A DNA stretch of 36,706 nt, from NCBI GenBank assembly GCA_964450165.1, contig CAYVCJ010000003.1, forward strand, positions 1-36,706, written 5' to 3'. Both the position numbers and the translations under genes were made by a program. The notes under the pieces were generated by a model that was not told the origin of the DNA, did no database searches, and worked only from the letters and a program-made list of their open reading frames with translations. Below, piece by piece: positions 17,418 through 26,028 of this stretch. This stretch comes from an uncultured Dehalococcoidales bacterium (GTDB lineage: Bacteria > Chloroflexota > Dehalococcoidia > GIF9 > AB-539-J10). The first letter of the stretch is position 1. The number at the start of each line of letters is the position of its first letter.

Positions 17418-18548
17418 TTACTGGTAGGAAATCTTAGCTGGCTCTGGGGTTCCTATCTTGGCTGTTTTGGAAGTGGTACCTATATGAGATGTGGGGAATC
17501 GTTGATTGCGCCGCAGGAAAGAAGGAACATCAAGCTTTTCGCTACCGCTTGCTATCAAGTGACGAAGCTCTTCAGCGTTAGTTATCCCTTTGCCATACTG
17601 GCTGGTAAACCCAGTGGCGATAATAGTGAGCTGTAGCTCGCTATCCATCTTCGGGTCATATACTACTCCGAAGATTATATTGGCGCCGGGATCCACTGCA
17701 TGGCTGATTACCTCAGCAGCTTCATTGCATTCGAAGAGTGTTAGGCTAGTCCCGCCAGTGATGTTGAACAGTACGCCTTTGGCCCCGGTTATGGACACGT
17801 CTAACAGTGGACTGGCTAAAGCAGCTTTAGCAGCTTCAGCAGCTCGATTTTGCCCACTACCTCTCCCCACGGACATCCAAGCTGGGCCGGCATCTTTCAT
17901 CACTGACTTGACATCAGCAAAATCTAGGTTAATTAACCCTGGAACGGTGACCACCTCGGAGATAGCCTTTACTCCTGATCGAAGAGCGTCATCTGCAAAT
18001 GCAAAAGCGCTATCCACGTTTGTCTTGGCATCACAAAGTTGAAGAAGCCGATCATTAGGGATGATGATAAGCGTATCAACCTTACCTGACAAGGAGACCA
18101 ATCCTTCTTCAGCTACCTGAGACCGATGTGACCCTTCAAAACTGAAGGGTTTGGTTACTACAGCGATGGTCAGAGCACCGGACTGTTTGGCTAGTTCAGC
18201 TATTACGGGTATGCCACCAGTTCCTGTGCCACCACCCATTCCAGCGGTAATAAATACCATATCGGTACTTTCAAAGAGCTCCTCGATAATTTGACGGCTT
18301 TCCTCTGCTGCTTTAGCTCCAACTTTATGGTCGCCACCGACACCCAAACCTCGGGTCAGTCTCTCCCCTAACTGGATTTTGGTCGGTGCTTCAGCTAGAG
18401 CCAATGCTTGACCATCTGTGTTCATAGCTATGAAGTCAACGCCTTTTATCCCTTGCCGGACCATTCGGGTAACGGCATTACAGCCGCCTCCTCCAATGCC
18501 TATAGCCTTTACTTTTGCTGGTGACGGAGTATAAATTTGTTTTGCCAT
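17418..18548 (-). CDS. ftsZ: cell division protein FtsZ
   Basis: 376 aa. The tubulin signature GGGTGTG is present in the sequence as [11 protein letters not shown]. The conserved C-terminal peptide DVPSFLRR is also present. A GGAGG SD lies upstream. Confidence 0.96.
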   Translation of the reverse strand: MAKQIYTPSPAKVKAIGIGGGGCNAVTRMVRQGIKGVDFIAMNTDGQALALAEAPTKIQLGERLTRGLGVGGDHKVGAKAAEESRQIIEELFESTDMVFITAGMGGGTGTGGIPVIAELAKQSGALTIAVVTKPFSFEGSHRSQVAEEGLVSLSGKVDTLIIIPNDRLLQLCDAKTNVDSAFAFADDALRSGVKAISEVVTVPGLINLDFADVKSVMKDAGPAWMSVGRGSGQNRAAEAAKAALASPLLDVSITGAKGVLFNITGGTSLTLFECNEAAEVISHAVDPGANIIFGVVYDPKMDSELQLTIIATGFTSQYGKGITNAEELRHLIASGSEKLDVPSFLRRNQRFPTSHIGTTSKTAKIGTPEPAKISYQ

Positions 18549-18573
18549 TCTAACCTCCTTTTTAATTCATTAG

Positions 18574-19800
18574 TTAGCTGCGGAGTAGTCTTCTAACAAG
18601 ACTCACAAAGCCACCCAAGATTCCGGCCCTTTTCACTCGGAAGGCAGCTCCTTCTTTGCCATTGATCGGCCACAGGACTAGTCCAAGAGTGGTGGCGTAG
18701 GCCGAATCATTCAAGATATCGGAGATGCCATAGATTCCCGAATTCAAAGGGAGTCCTTTGCGCACAGGTATTTGCAGCACTGAACGTCCTAGTTCCTCAA
18801 ACCCGGTTAAGTTGGCAGTTCCACCGGTGAGCACTAGGCCAAATGGGGCTAATGACCGATAATCGCTGGTAGGCATTTCCAGAAGGATGAGTTGGAGTAA
18901 TTCTTCCATGCGAGAACGGGTGATATCGCATAAGTCACGGTAAGAGGCACTATGCCCATTTTCGATACCTACCTGGTCTTCTTGGTCGACCTCCAAGTCC
19001 GGAGTGACATTACCATATCGCTTCTTCATTTTTTCGGCTATGCTGAAAGGCAAGCCTAATCCAATTGATATATCGCTGGTTACTTGGTAGCCAGCTACTG
19101 GAATAATAGAGGTGTGATAGATGTTGCCACCCTTAAATACTGCAATGTCTGTTGTGCCACCACCAATGTCGGCCATTATGACGCCGGCTTCTCTTTCCTC
19201 TTGTGTTAACACGGCTTCACTACTAGCTAGTGGCTCTAGGATTAGATCTTCAACTTCGATACCAGCACTGCGAACACATTTAACCAAGTTTTGCACTGCG
19301 GTTGCTGAAGCGGTGATGATATGTGTTTCTACATCAAGTCTAGTGCCATGCATGCCTACTGGTTGTGTTATTCCCTCCTGTCCATCTAGGGCATAATAGC
19401 GAGGGATAGCATGAAGTAGTTTCTTTCCTTCAGGGACAAAAATGCTGCGAGCTACTGATAACGCTCGTTTAAGGTCTTCAGGACGCACTAGTCGATCAGT
19501 GCGCGGAATGGATACTACCCCTTGATTATTCAAGCAGCTTATGTGTCTGCCAGTAACGCCGATATAAGCCGAATCCATGCGTATGCCGCTGATTCTTTGA
19601 GCTTCCTTCACTGAGGAAAGAACAGATGCCCTAGCTTCATCCATGTTGACTACTGTACCTTTGTGTAAACCATGGGAAGGAACGACCCCCACTCCCAGGA
19701 TTTCGATGTCATTTTCTGCTTTAACGTCGGCCATGATGGTGGCTATTTTAGTCGTGCCTACATCAATAGCTGAGATAATCTTCCTTCTTGGCATTTTCAC
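18574..19800 (-). CDS. ftsA: cell division protein FtsA
   Basis: 408 aa with an actin-like ATPase fold (AIDVGTTKI, DIGGGTTDIAVF). C-terminal amphipathic helix GILGGFVSLVRRLL. A GGAGGTG SD lies upstream. Confidence 0.93.
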   Translation of the reverse strand: MKMPRRKIISAIDVGTTKIATIMADVKAENDIEILGVGVVPSHGLHKGTVVNMDEARASVLSSVKEAQRISGIRMDSAYIGVTGRHISCLNNQGVVSIPRTDRLVRPEDLKRALSVARSIFVPEGKKLLHAIPRYYALDGQEGITQPVGMHGTRLDVETHIITASATAVQNLVKCVRSAGIEVEDLILEPLASSEAVLTQEEREAGVIMADIGGGTTDIAVFKGGNIYHTSIIPVAGYQVTSDISIGLGLPFSIAEKMKKRYGNVTPDLEVDQEDQVGIENGHSASYRDLCDITRSRMEELLQLILLEMPTSDYRSLAPFGLVLTGGTANLTGFEELGRSVLQIPVRKGLPLNSGIYGISDILNDSAYATTLGLVLWPINGKEGAAFRVKRAGILGGFVSLVRRLLRS

Positions 19801-19830
19801 CTCCTTTGTTTTTTTGGGATTCTCTGTATA

Positions 19831-20733
19831 TCAGCTGAGTCGCTCGGCTATCCTTAATTTAGCACTGCGACTGCGTGGGTTGGATTTTGTCTCCAACGAA
19901 GTAGGTCTAATGACCTTCCTTGATATGAGCTTTAGGGTAGGCATTTCAGTGCTAGATTCTCGACGCATGAATTGTTTGACTATGCGGTCTTCCAGAGAAT
20001 GATAGCTAATGACTGCTAGCCTACCGCCGGGGCGAAGGAGGTTGATGGTCTGCCCAAGGGCTGTCTCCAGGTTCTCTAATTCACCGTTGACAGCGATACG
20101 AAGTGCCATAAAAGTCCTGGTAGCAGGATGAATTCTGGTATGCTTGCTACCCAGGACTTGCTTGACTACCCGAGCGAGTTTCAAGGTAGTGTGAATGGGG
20201 CGGTTCTGGACGATGCGTTGCGCTATTTTTCGACTGTGGCGCTCTTCACCATATTCTCGTAGGATCCGCGCTAACTCCTGTTCACCCAGGGTATTGACCA
20301 GGTCATCAGCGGTTAACCCTTGATTGGTGTCAAAGCGCATGTCCAGAGGCGCCTCGAGGTGGAAACTGAAGCCACGTTGTGCTGTGTCTAGTTGCAAAGA
20401 ACAAACACCAAGGTCGAACAAAATACCATCAACGGGATGGAAATCATGTTGCTTGCAAATATCCTCAATATTGATGAAGTTATCGTTAACCAGGATAATT
20501 GCCTCACCGTAATGCGCCAGTTTGGCATTGGCTAGCTCAATAGCCTGCGGGTCAGTATCAATGCCTAAGATTTTCCCATCGGGTAAGATCCTCTCTAGGA
20601 TAGCTGAGGCATGTCCTCCCAAACCCACAGTGCAATCAATGAAACGTTCTCCTGGCTGAGGTTCAAGTCCCTCTATTATTTGGTTAACCAAGACAGGTAC
20701 ATGAGTAGGCAAAGGAACGTCCAGGGCTATCAC
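19831..20733 (-). CDS. rsmH: 16S rRNA (cytosine1402-N4)-methyltransferase RsmH
   Basis: 300 aa. HVPVL, DCTVGLGGHA and DLGVCSLQLD motifs. The GTG start overlaps the mraZ stop as GTGA. Confidence 0.94.
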   Translation of the reverse strand: MIALDVPLPTHVPVLVNQIIEGLEPQPGERFIDCTVGLGGHASAILERILPDGKILGIDTDPQAIELANAKLAHYGEAIILVNDNFINIEDICKQHDFHPVDGILFDLGVCSLQLDTAQRGFSFHLEAPLDMRFDTNQGLTADDLVNTLGEQELARILREYGEERHSRKIAQRIVQNRPIHTTLKLARVVKQVLGSKHTRIHPATRTFMALRIAVNGELENLETALGQTINLLRPGGRLAVISYHSLEDRIVKQFMRRESSTEMPTLKLISRKVIRPTSLETKSNPRSRSAKLRIAERLS

Positions 20734-21170
20734 TTACTCTCCTTCATGTTCGAAAGTTCATCTAGGTGGTCCCATTCGCCTATTTGTTCTTCCCAAAGTT
20801 CCGGATTCCAAATTTCCACATACTTCTGAGCGCCGATGACGACAGCGCTATCGGTGATTTCAGCGTAGTTGCGCAGCTCTGCGGGGAATGCTATTCTTCC
20901 CTGTTTATCGAAGATAAAATCGAAAGTACTAGCGCCGAAAAGGCGTCTTAGTTTTCTTTGCACATCGGGAGGTCTTACTGCTTTTTCTAGTTCAGCTGCT
21001 TGTTTTATCCATTCTGGTAAAGGGTAGATGACGATGCATTTGTCTGCCCCCTTGGCCAGCTTGCCACCTTTTGAATCCTTTAATTGTTCCCTGAATTTTC
21101 GGGGCAGGGGCATTCTCCCCTTTTCGTCAACCTTATACCGATATGTGCCGTAGAAGAGACTTTCCTTCAT
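20730..21170 (-). CDS. mraZ: transcriptional regulator MraZ
   Basis: 146 aa. Duplicated SpoVT/AbrB-like halves carry the DxxxR motifs (DEKGRMPLP and DKQGRIAFP). Confidence 0.93.
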   Translation of the reverse strand: MKESLFYGTYRYKVDEKGRMPLPRKFREQLKDSKGGKLAKGADKCIVIYPLPEWIKQAAELEKAVRPPDVQRKLRRLFGASTFDFIFDKQGRIAFPAELRNYAEITDSAVVIGAQKYVEIWNPELWEEQIGEWDHLDELSNMKESK

Positions 21171-21171
21171 G

Positions 21172-21417
21172 TCAATTTAGTATGTAATACCAAACAGTAC
21201 CTGCATTGCTTATTTGCTTTTCGAGAATTCCATCATTTACCAGGTCTTCTATCTCTTCATGCAGGTCAAATTCATTTCCTTCATGGTCGGTTAGGATACA
21301 CTCAAGGGTGAATTTCATTTTGGGATGCCTGGTGCAGAAAGTTAGGATTCTCTGTTCTATAAAAGTATGAGCCGATGGTTCTAGAACGGTAACTACCTTT
21401 GCTTCGCTCGCATTCAT
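21172..21417 (-). CDS. hypothetical 81-aa protein, winged-helix-like C-terminus; first cistron of the mraZ operon
   Basis: The ATG at 21417 lies 4 nt after a perfect GGAGGT. The sequence is MNASEAKVVTVLEPSAHTFIEQRILTFCTRHPKMKFTLECILTDHEGNEFDLHEEIEDLVNDGILEKQISNAGTVWYYILN. Its TGA stop lies 1 nt before the mraZ ATG, and mraZ has no SD of its own. I recognise no family. Confidence 0.55.
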   Translation of the reverse strand: MNASEAKVVTVLEPSAHTFIEQRILTFCTRHPKMKFTLECILTDHEGNEFDLHEEIEDLVNDGILEKQISNAGTVWYYILN

Positions 21418-21441
21418 AATAACCTCCACCTGCCTTCTTTC

Positions 21442-21466
21442 CCCACAATTTCCCACCATTCCCCAC
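21442..21466 (-). promoter_or_regulatory. putative MraZ operator: three GTGGG direct repeats at 10-bp spacing
   Basis: The minus strand reads ATT-GTGGG-GAATG-GTGGG-AAATT-GTGGG-GAA. The boxes lie at 21466..21462, 21456..21452 and 21446..21442, between the -10 element and the SD. Confidence 0.55.
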
Positions 21467-21470
21467 AATC

Positions 21471-21501
21471 ATTATACTCTTTACCCCGATTCCTTTGTCA
21501 A
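21471..21501 (-). promoter_or_regulatory. candidate Pmra-type promoter of the division operon
   Basis: Minus strand: consensus TTGACA (21501..21496) and consensus TATAAT (21476..21471). The 19-nt spacer is longer than optimal. Confidence 0.5.
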
Positions 21502-21633
21502 TACCTTTTCCCTCTTTTTGCTTAATTTTTTTTGATTTTTGCATCAAGATGCTTAAACATTCTGGGAAAAATGAAAACAAAGAAATGGTTCTGTAACTGA
21601 TTAACAAATGTGTGATAAGATAAAACAGCGAAA

Positions 21634-22338
21634 ATGAGAATTGATATATTATGCCTTTTCCCTGAGATGCTCGCATCGCCGTTTGATTGCAGTATTGTTA
21701 AACGGGCTAGAGAGCGTGGATTAGTGGAAGTCGTGGTTCATAATATTCGAGATTACAGTCATGATAAGCATCACACCGTGGATGATTATCCATATGGGGG
21801 TGGTCCAGGGATGGTGCTCAAGCCCGAGCCAATTTTCGAAGCGGCGGAATCAATAAAAGAGCAGGTTGATTACAGTGATTTGCCGATTATTTTACTCACT
21901 CCCCAAGGTAGGCTTTTCACACAGCAAGTCGCTAGGGAGTTGGCTCTACATCAAAATATAATGCTAATTTGTGGTCATTATGAAGGTGTGGATGAGAGAG
22001 TGCGGGAGCATCTCGTTAATGATGAAATTAGCATTGGTGATTATGTGCTCAGTGCTGGGGAATTAGCTGCTATGGTTGTTGTTGATGCTGTGGTTAGATT
22101 GATACCAGGGGTACTTGGCTCACCACTATCATTTCACAATGACTCCCATAGCAACGGGCTTCTGGAATATCCTCAATATACAAGACCGGAACTATATCGA
22201 GGTTGGGTGGTGCCGTCAGTTTTGCTTTCGGGAAACCATGAAGAGATTGCTCGCTGGCGGTGGCAGCAGGCTATCTTGCGAACTGTGAAACGTCGTCCCG
22301 ATCTCGCTAAAGAATGGAATTTATCTGCTAAGGAGTAA
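21634..22338 (+). CDS. trmD: tRNA (guanine37-N1)-methyltransferase TrmD
   Basis: 234 aa. [12 protein letters not shown] start, GGGPGMV and the [11 protein letters not shown]-like motif [11 protein letters not shown]. Confidence 0.95.
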   Translation: MRIDILCLFPEMLASPFDCSIVKRARERGLVEVVVHNIRDYSHDKHHTVDDYPYGGGPGMVLKPEPIFEAAESIKEQVDYSDLPIILLTPQGRLFTQQVARELALHQNIMLICGHYEGVDERVREHLVNDEISIGDYVLSAGELAAMVVVDAVVRLIPGVLGSPLSFHNDSHSNGLLEYPQYTRPELYRGWVVPSVLLSGNHEEIARWRWQQAILRTVKRRPDLAKEWNLSAKE

Positions 22339-22340
22339 AA

Positions 22341-22697
22341 ATGGATATCAGATCGCTAGTTAAGCCGAGAATAAACCCCAATATTCCTCAACTTTCTCCC
22401 GGTGATACGGTGAAGGTTAGGTTGAAGGTGATAGATGCCGGTAAGGAGCGAGTTCAACAATTTCAGGGAGTAATAATCAGGCTGAGGAAAAGCATTGATG
22501 GCGGCAATTTTACGGTAAGACGAGTAAGTTACGGGGTTGGAGTGGAATGTACTTTTCCCCTTCAATCTCCGCTCATACAGGATGTAGCGATGCTTAAGCA
22601 TGGTAAGGTGCGTCGTGCAAAGCTTTATTACATCCGAAAACTGAGTGCTAAGCAGGCTCGATTGGCGGAAAGACAAGAGAAAGTCCAAGCACCTTAA
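22341..22697 (+). CDS. rplS: 50S ribosomal protein L19
   Basis: 118 aa. PGDTVKV...ERVQQFQGVII...RRAKLYYIR signature. It starts 2 nt after the trmD stop. Confidence 0.96.
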   Translation: MDIRSLVKPRINPNIPQLSPGDTVKVRLKVIDAGKERVQQFQGVIIRLRKSIDGGNFTVRRVSYGVGVECTFPLQSPLIQDVAMLKHGKVRRAKLYYIRKLSAKQARLAERQEKVQAP

Positions 22698-25106
22698 ATG
22701 AAGTATGCCGATGTAGCGGTTAAGTGTCCAAGCTACTCCCCCTTTTGTTATGCCATTCCTCCTCATTTGAATGTGCACACAGGGCAGGCAGTCTGGGTTC
22801 CTTTTGGTTCCAGAATCGTGCAAGGCATTGTTGTGCAGTTGGGTGAGATTCCTTCTGTTGATGTGGTTAAGGAGATAGTTGATGTTATTACTGGTTACCC
22901 TTTACTTTCCCCCACTCAAATCCAGCTCGTCCAATGGATAAGCAAGCATTATCTTTCCTCTTTATTTGATGCCATGGCTCTAATGTTGCCACCTGGGTTT
23001 GAGCGCAAACTCGCCACTTACTTCCGTCTATCAGGCGATCAAAGTGGTTTATCATTGCTTACGCCAGAGCAGTCCAAGATCCTTCACTTTATTGGGGAGA
23101 GGGGAAGGGTAAGCCTCAAGGAATTGGGGGGAAAGTTGGGGGTAAGCAAAGCCGAGCGAATCATTGACAAGCTTGTTAATGTCGGGCTCGTAGTTAGGTT
23201 TTCTGAGTTAGAGAAAGCGAGGGTAGCACCAAAAATAATTCCTTATATCAAGCTTGTTGCCAGTAAGGACAATATTGTTAGTGAAATAGCTCGGCTAAAA
23301 ACAACGAGAGCCCATAAGCAAGCTGCGTTATTACAATTTCTGGCTGGGGAATCTAAGCCACTTCCCGTCAGCGTGGTAAGGAAGCGAGTTAATTGCTCGC
23401 TTGAAACAATCAGGGCTCTGGAAAGTGGGCACTTCTTTTCTATAGAATTGGTTACTGTCAGGCGTGACCCATTGGCGCATTTCGATATCAAGCCAATGCC
23501 CCCGGTGTCTCTTACCTCATCTCAGCAAGTTGCTTGGAGCAGGATAGAACATAGCGGGGGTAAATCCACTGTTTTTCTTCTTTTTGGGGTTACCGGGAGT
23601 GGAAAGACAGAGATTTACCTGCGGGCTCTAGCTAAGACCGTCGCTGAAGGCAAGCGTGGTATTTGCCTTATTCCTGAAATTTCCCTTACTACACAGACGG
23701 TGGAACGTTTTGCCAGCCGTTTCCCAGGTCGGGTAGCCGTATTGCATAGTGCACTTTCTTTAGGTGAGCAATTTGATGAATGGCAACGGACAAGGGAGGG
23801 AGGGTGCGATGTGGTTATTGGTCCGCGAAGCGCTTTATTTGCTCCTCAACCTGACCTTGGGCTGATCATTATTGATGAAGAGCATGAATGGACATATAAG
23901 CAGGAAGATAAATCTCCTCGCTATCATGCTCGAGATGTGGCTCTTAAATTAGCGGAGTTGAGCGGTGCTACTGTTATCTTAGGTAGTGCCACACCCGATG
24001 TTGATAGCTTTCACAAAGCACAGCTGGGAAAATATAGATTAGTGGAGCTGAAGGAAAGAGTTACTTCTCATGGTTATTCACCACTCCCTGAAGTAAGCAT
24101 AATGGACTTAAGGGAAGAGCTCAAAGCTGGAAATACCAGCATGTTTAGTCGCCGTCTACTAAGTGCGATGAAAGAAGCTTTGATTCAAAAGGAACAAATA
24201 ATCCTTTTTCTTAACCGCCGTGGCACAGCCACTTTTGTCCAGTGCCGGCGTTGTGGTTTTGTTTTTCGCTGCCCGCGTTGCTCAGTAGCGCTCACCTATC
24301 ATTCAGTGGAGAAGAAGTTAGTTTGCCATAGATGTCATTATACTTTGCTGCTTCCCGTAAATTGTCCAAATTGTTTGAGTTCACGCCTCAGGTTCTTGGG
24401 CATCGGCACGCAGAGGGTGGAAGATGAAGTGAAGCGATTCTTCCCGCAGGCGGCGGTGCTTCGCTGGGATAGGGATGTAACCAAAAGACGATATGCACAT
24501 GAAGAATTATTGAGTACTTTTCGCGATCGTAAAGCTGATATACTCATTGGCACTCAGATGATAGCCAAAGGGCTAGATTTACCCTGGGTAACTCTTGCTG
24601 GGATAATTAACGCCGATACTGGGATTAACTTTCCTGATTTCCGTGCTGGTGAACGCACCTTTCAGCTTCTTTGTCAAGTAGCTGGTCGGGCTGGCCGTGG
24701 AGTTAAAGTGGGGAAGGTTATCATTCAGACATATTCTCCGGAGAATTACGCTGTTCAAGCTGCAGCCAAACACGATTATGTCAGTTTCTATAATCAGGAG
24801 ATAGACTATCGGCAGCAATATAGCTATCCTCCTTTTAGTCGGTTCGTTCGTCTGGTTTATACTCATACCAATGAGAAATTGTGTCACAAAGAGGCGGAGA
24901 AATTGAGTAGTTTACTCTTGGAGAAAAAACGGGAGGAGATGCCTGATTGGAACTTGATCGGTCCCATCCCCGCTTTTGCTTCCAGAGTTAGGGGGAGATA
25001 TCGCTGGCAGATTATCGTTCGTGGTTCCAATCCTGCTCAAGCTGTATCAGACATAACCTTACCTCAAGGCTGGACTGTGGATGTTGATCCTGTGGGGATG
25101 GTCTAG
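22698..25106 (+). CDS. priA: primosomal protein N' (replication restart helicase PriA)
   Basis: 802 aa. Walker A GVTGSGKT, DEEH box and a Cys-rich zinc region (CRRCG..CPRC..CHRC..CPNC). The ATG abuts the rplS TAA. Confidence 0.94.
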   Translation: MKYADVAVKCPSYSPFCYAIPPHLNVHTGQAVWVPFGSRIVQGIVVQLGEIPSVDVVKEIVDVITGYPLLSPTQIQLVQWISKHYLSSLFDAMALMLPPGFERKLATYFRLSGDQSGLSLLTPEQSKILHFIGERGRVSLKELGGKLGVSKAERIIDKLVNVGLVVRFSELEKARVAPKIIPYIKLVASKDNIVSEIARLKTTRAHKQAALLQFLAGESKPLPVSVVRKRVNCSLETIRALESGHFFSIELVTVRRDPLAHFDIKPMPPVSLTSSQQVAWSRIEHSGGKSTVFLLFGVTGSGKTEIYLRALAKTVAEGKRGICLIPEISLTTQTVERFASRFPGRVAVLHSALSLGEQFDEWQRTREGGCDVVIGPRSALFAPQPDLGLIIIDEEHEWTYKQEDKSPRYHARDVALKLAELSGATVILGSATPDVDSFHKAQLGKYRLVELKERVTSHGYSPLPEVSIMDLREELKAGNTSMFSRRLLSAMKEALIQKEQIILFLNRRGTATFVQCRRCGFVFRCPRCSVALTYHSVEKKLVCHRCHYTLLLPVNCPNCLSSRLRFLGIGTQRVEDEVKRFFPQAAVLRWDRDVTKRRYAHEELLSTFRDRKADILIGTQMIAKGLDLPWVTLAGIINADTGINFPDFRAGERTFQLLCQVAGRAGRGVKVGKVIIQTYSPENYAVQAAAKHDYVSFYNQEIDYRQQYSYPPFSRFVRLVYTHTNEKLCHKEAEKLSSLLLEKKREEMPDWNLIGPIPAFASRVRGRYRWQIIVRGSNPAQAVSDITLPQGWTVDVDPVGMV

Positions 25107-25142
25107 ATTTACGTTGTAAAAGGGCTGAGTTATAATTGAGGC

Positions 25143-25646
25143 GTGGCAGTTTTGGAGATTCGTACTTTGCCTGACCCGGTGTTGCGGCAAAAAGCAAAAA
25201 GGGTGGCTAATATTGATGGCTCGATTCAGAAGCTAATCGACGACATGATTGATACGATGCGGGCTGTCCACGGTGTAGGGTTAGCTGCTCCGCAAATAGG
25301 TATGTCGCTACGCATAGCGGTCATCGAGATCCCTGAAAAGGAAGTCATTACTTTGATTAATCCTAAGATAGTAAGGAGGGAGGGTGTGCGGGTGGTTGAA
25401 GAAGGTTGTTTAAGCTATCCTGGTTATTATGGGGAGATTAAGCGTTCAAAAGTAGTCAAGGTGAAGGCGCAAAATAGGCAAGGGAAGGAGGTTCGGCTTA
25501 AGGGAGAAGAGCTTTTGGCGCAGGCTCTGGAACACGAAACAGACCATCTCAATGGCATTCTATATGTTGACCACATAGAAAGCCACGACAAACTATGGGA
25601 AGTAACTCCGCAAGGTGACCAAACCTTAGAACATCAAATAATCTAG
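25143..25646 (+). CDS. def: peptide deformylase
   Basis: 167 aa with a GTG start. The three Def motifs are GVGLAAPQ, EGCLS and HETDH. Confidence 0.94.
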   Translation: MAVLEIRTLPDPVLRQKAKRVANIDGSIQKLIDDMIDTMRAVHGVGLAAPQIGMSLRIAVIEIPEKEVITLINPKIVRREGVRVVEEGCLSYPGYYGEIKRSKVVKVKAQNRQGKEVRLKGEELLAQALEHETDHLNGILYVDHIESHDKLWEVTPQGDQTLEHQII

Positions 25647-26028
25647 TTCACCTTTTTCCGTTAGTGCTCTGCCATGCCTTGCATTTTCTGTTTGTCCATT
25701 TCCACTTCGCTAGTGATGTGGCCATGGTTGATCCTATGAAGTGACTTCCTGTGCTGGTACCGTCAGAACGGGGCTTAAGCTGGGGTAAAGGGCTAACACC
25801 AGGCTAACAACCTCGGGCGTCATTGTTTGATACTGTGTAATATACGCAGAACTCGTTTATAATACCCTATTGATCTCGGTGGAATTAGTAACCCAGGATA
25901 TCATGTCGTTGTTTTAAAGTTCCTCTGACGGTCCTTTCAACAGCTAAGCACCGGCGAACATTCGACGGCTTTCACCATTGCAGGGACCGCAAGTAGTCTG
26001 GATATCGCCTAGATCTAGCTTTAGGCCT

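Noticed and set aside
21302-21676. 124-aa minus-strand ORF, and the 17-codon TTG extension of the small ORF up to 21468.
   Set aside because: Both read through the TTGACA/TATAAT promoter, the three GTGGG boxes and, for the 124-aa ORF, the trmD start. The internal ATG at 21417 has a perfect SD, whereas the upstream starts have none.
22356-22823. 155-aa minus-strand ORF covering rplS and the priA start.
   Set aside because: It is antisense to ribosomal protein L19, whose frame is unambiguous. It is a shadow ORF.
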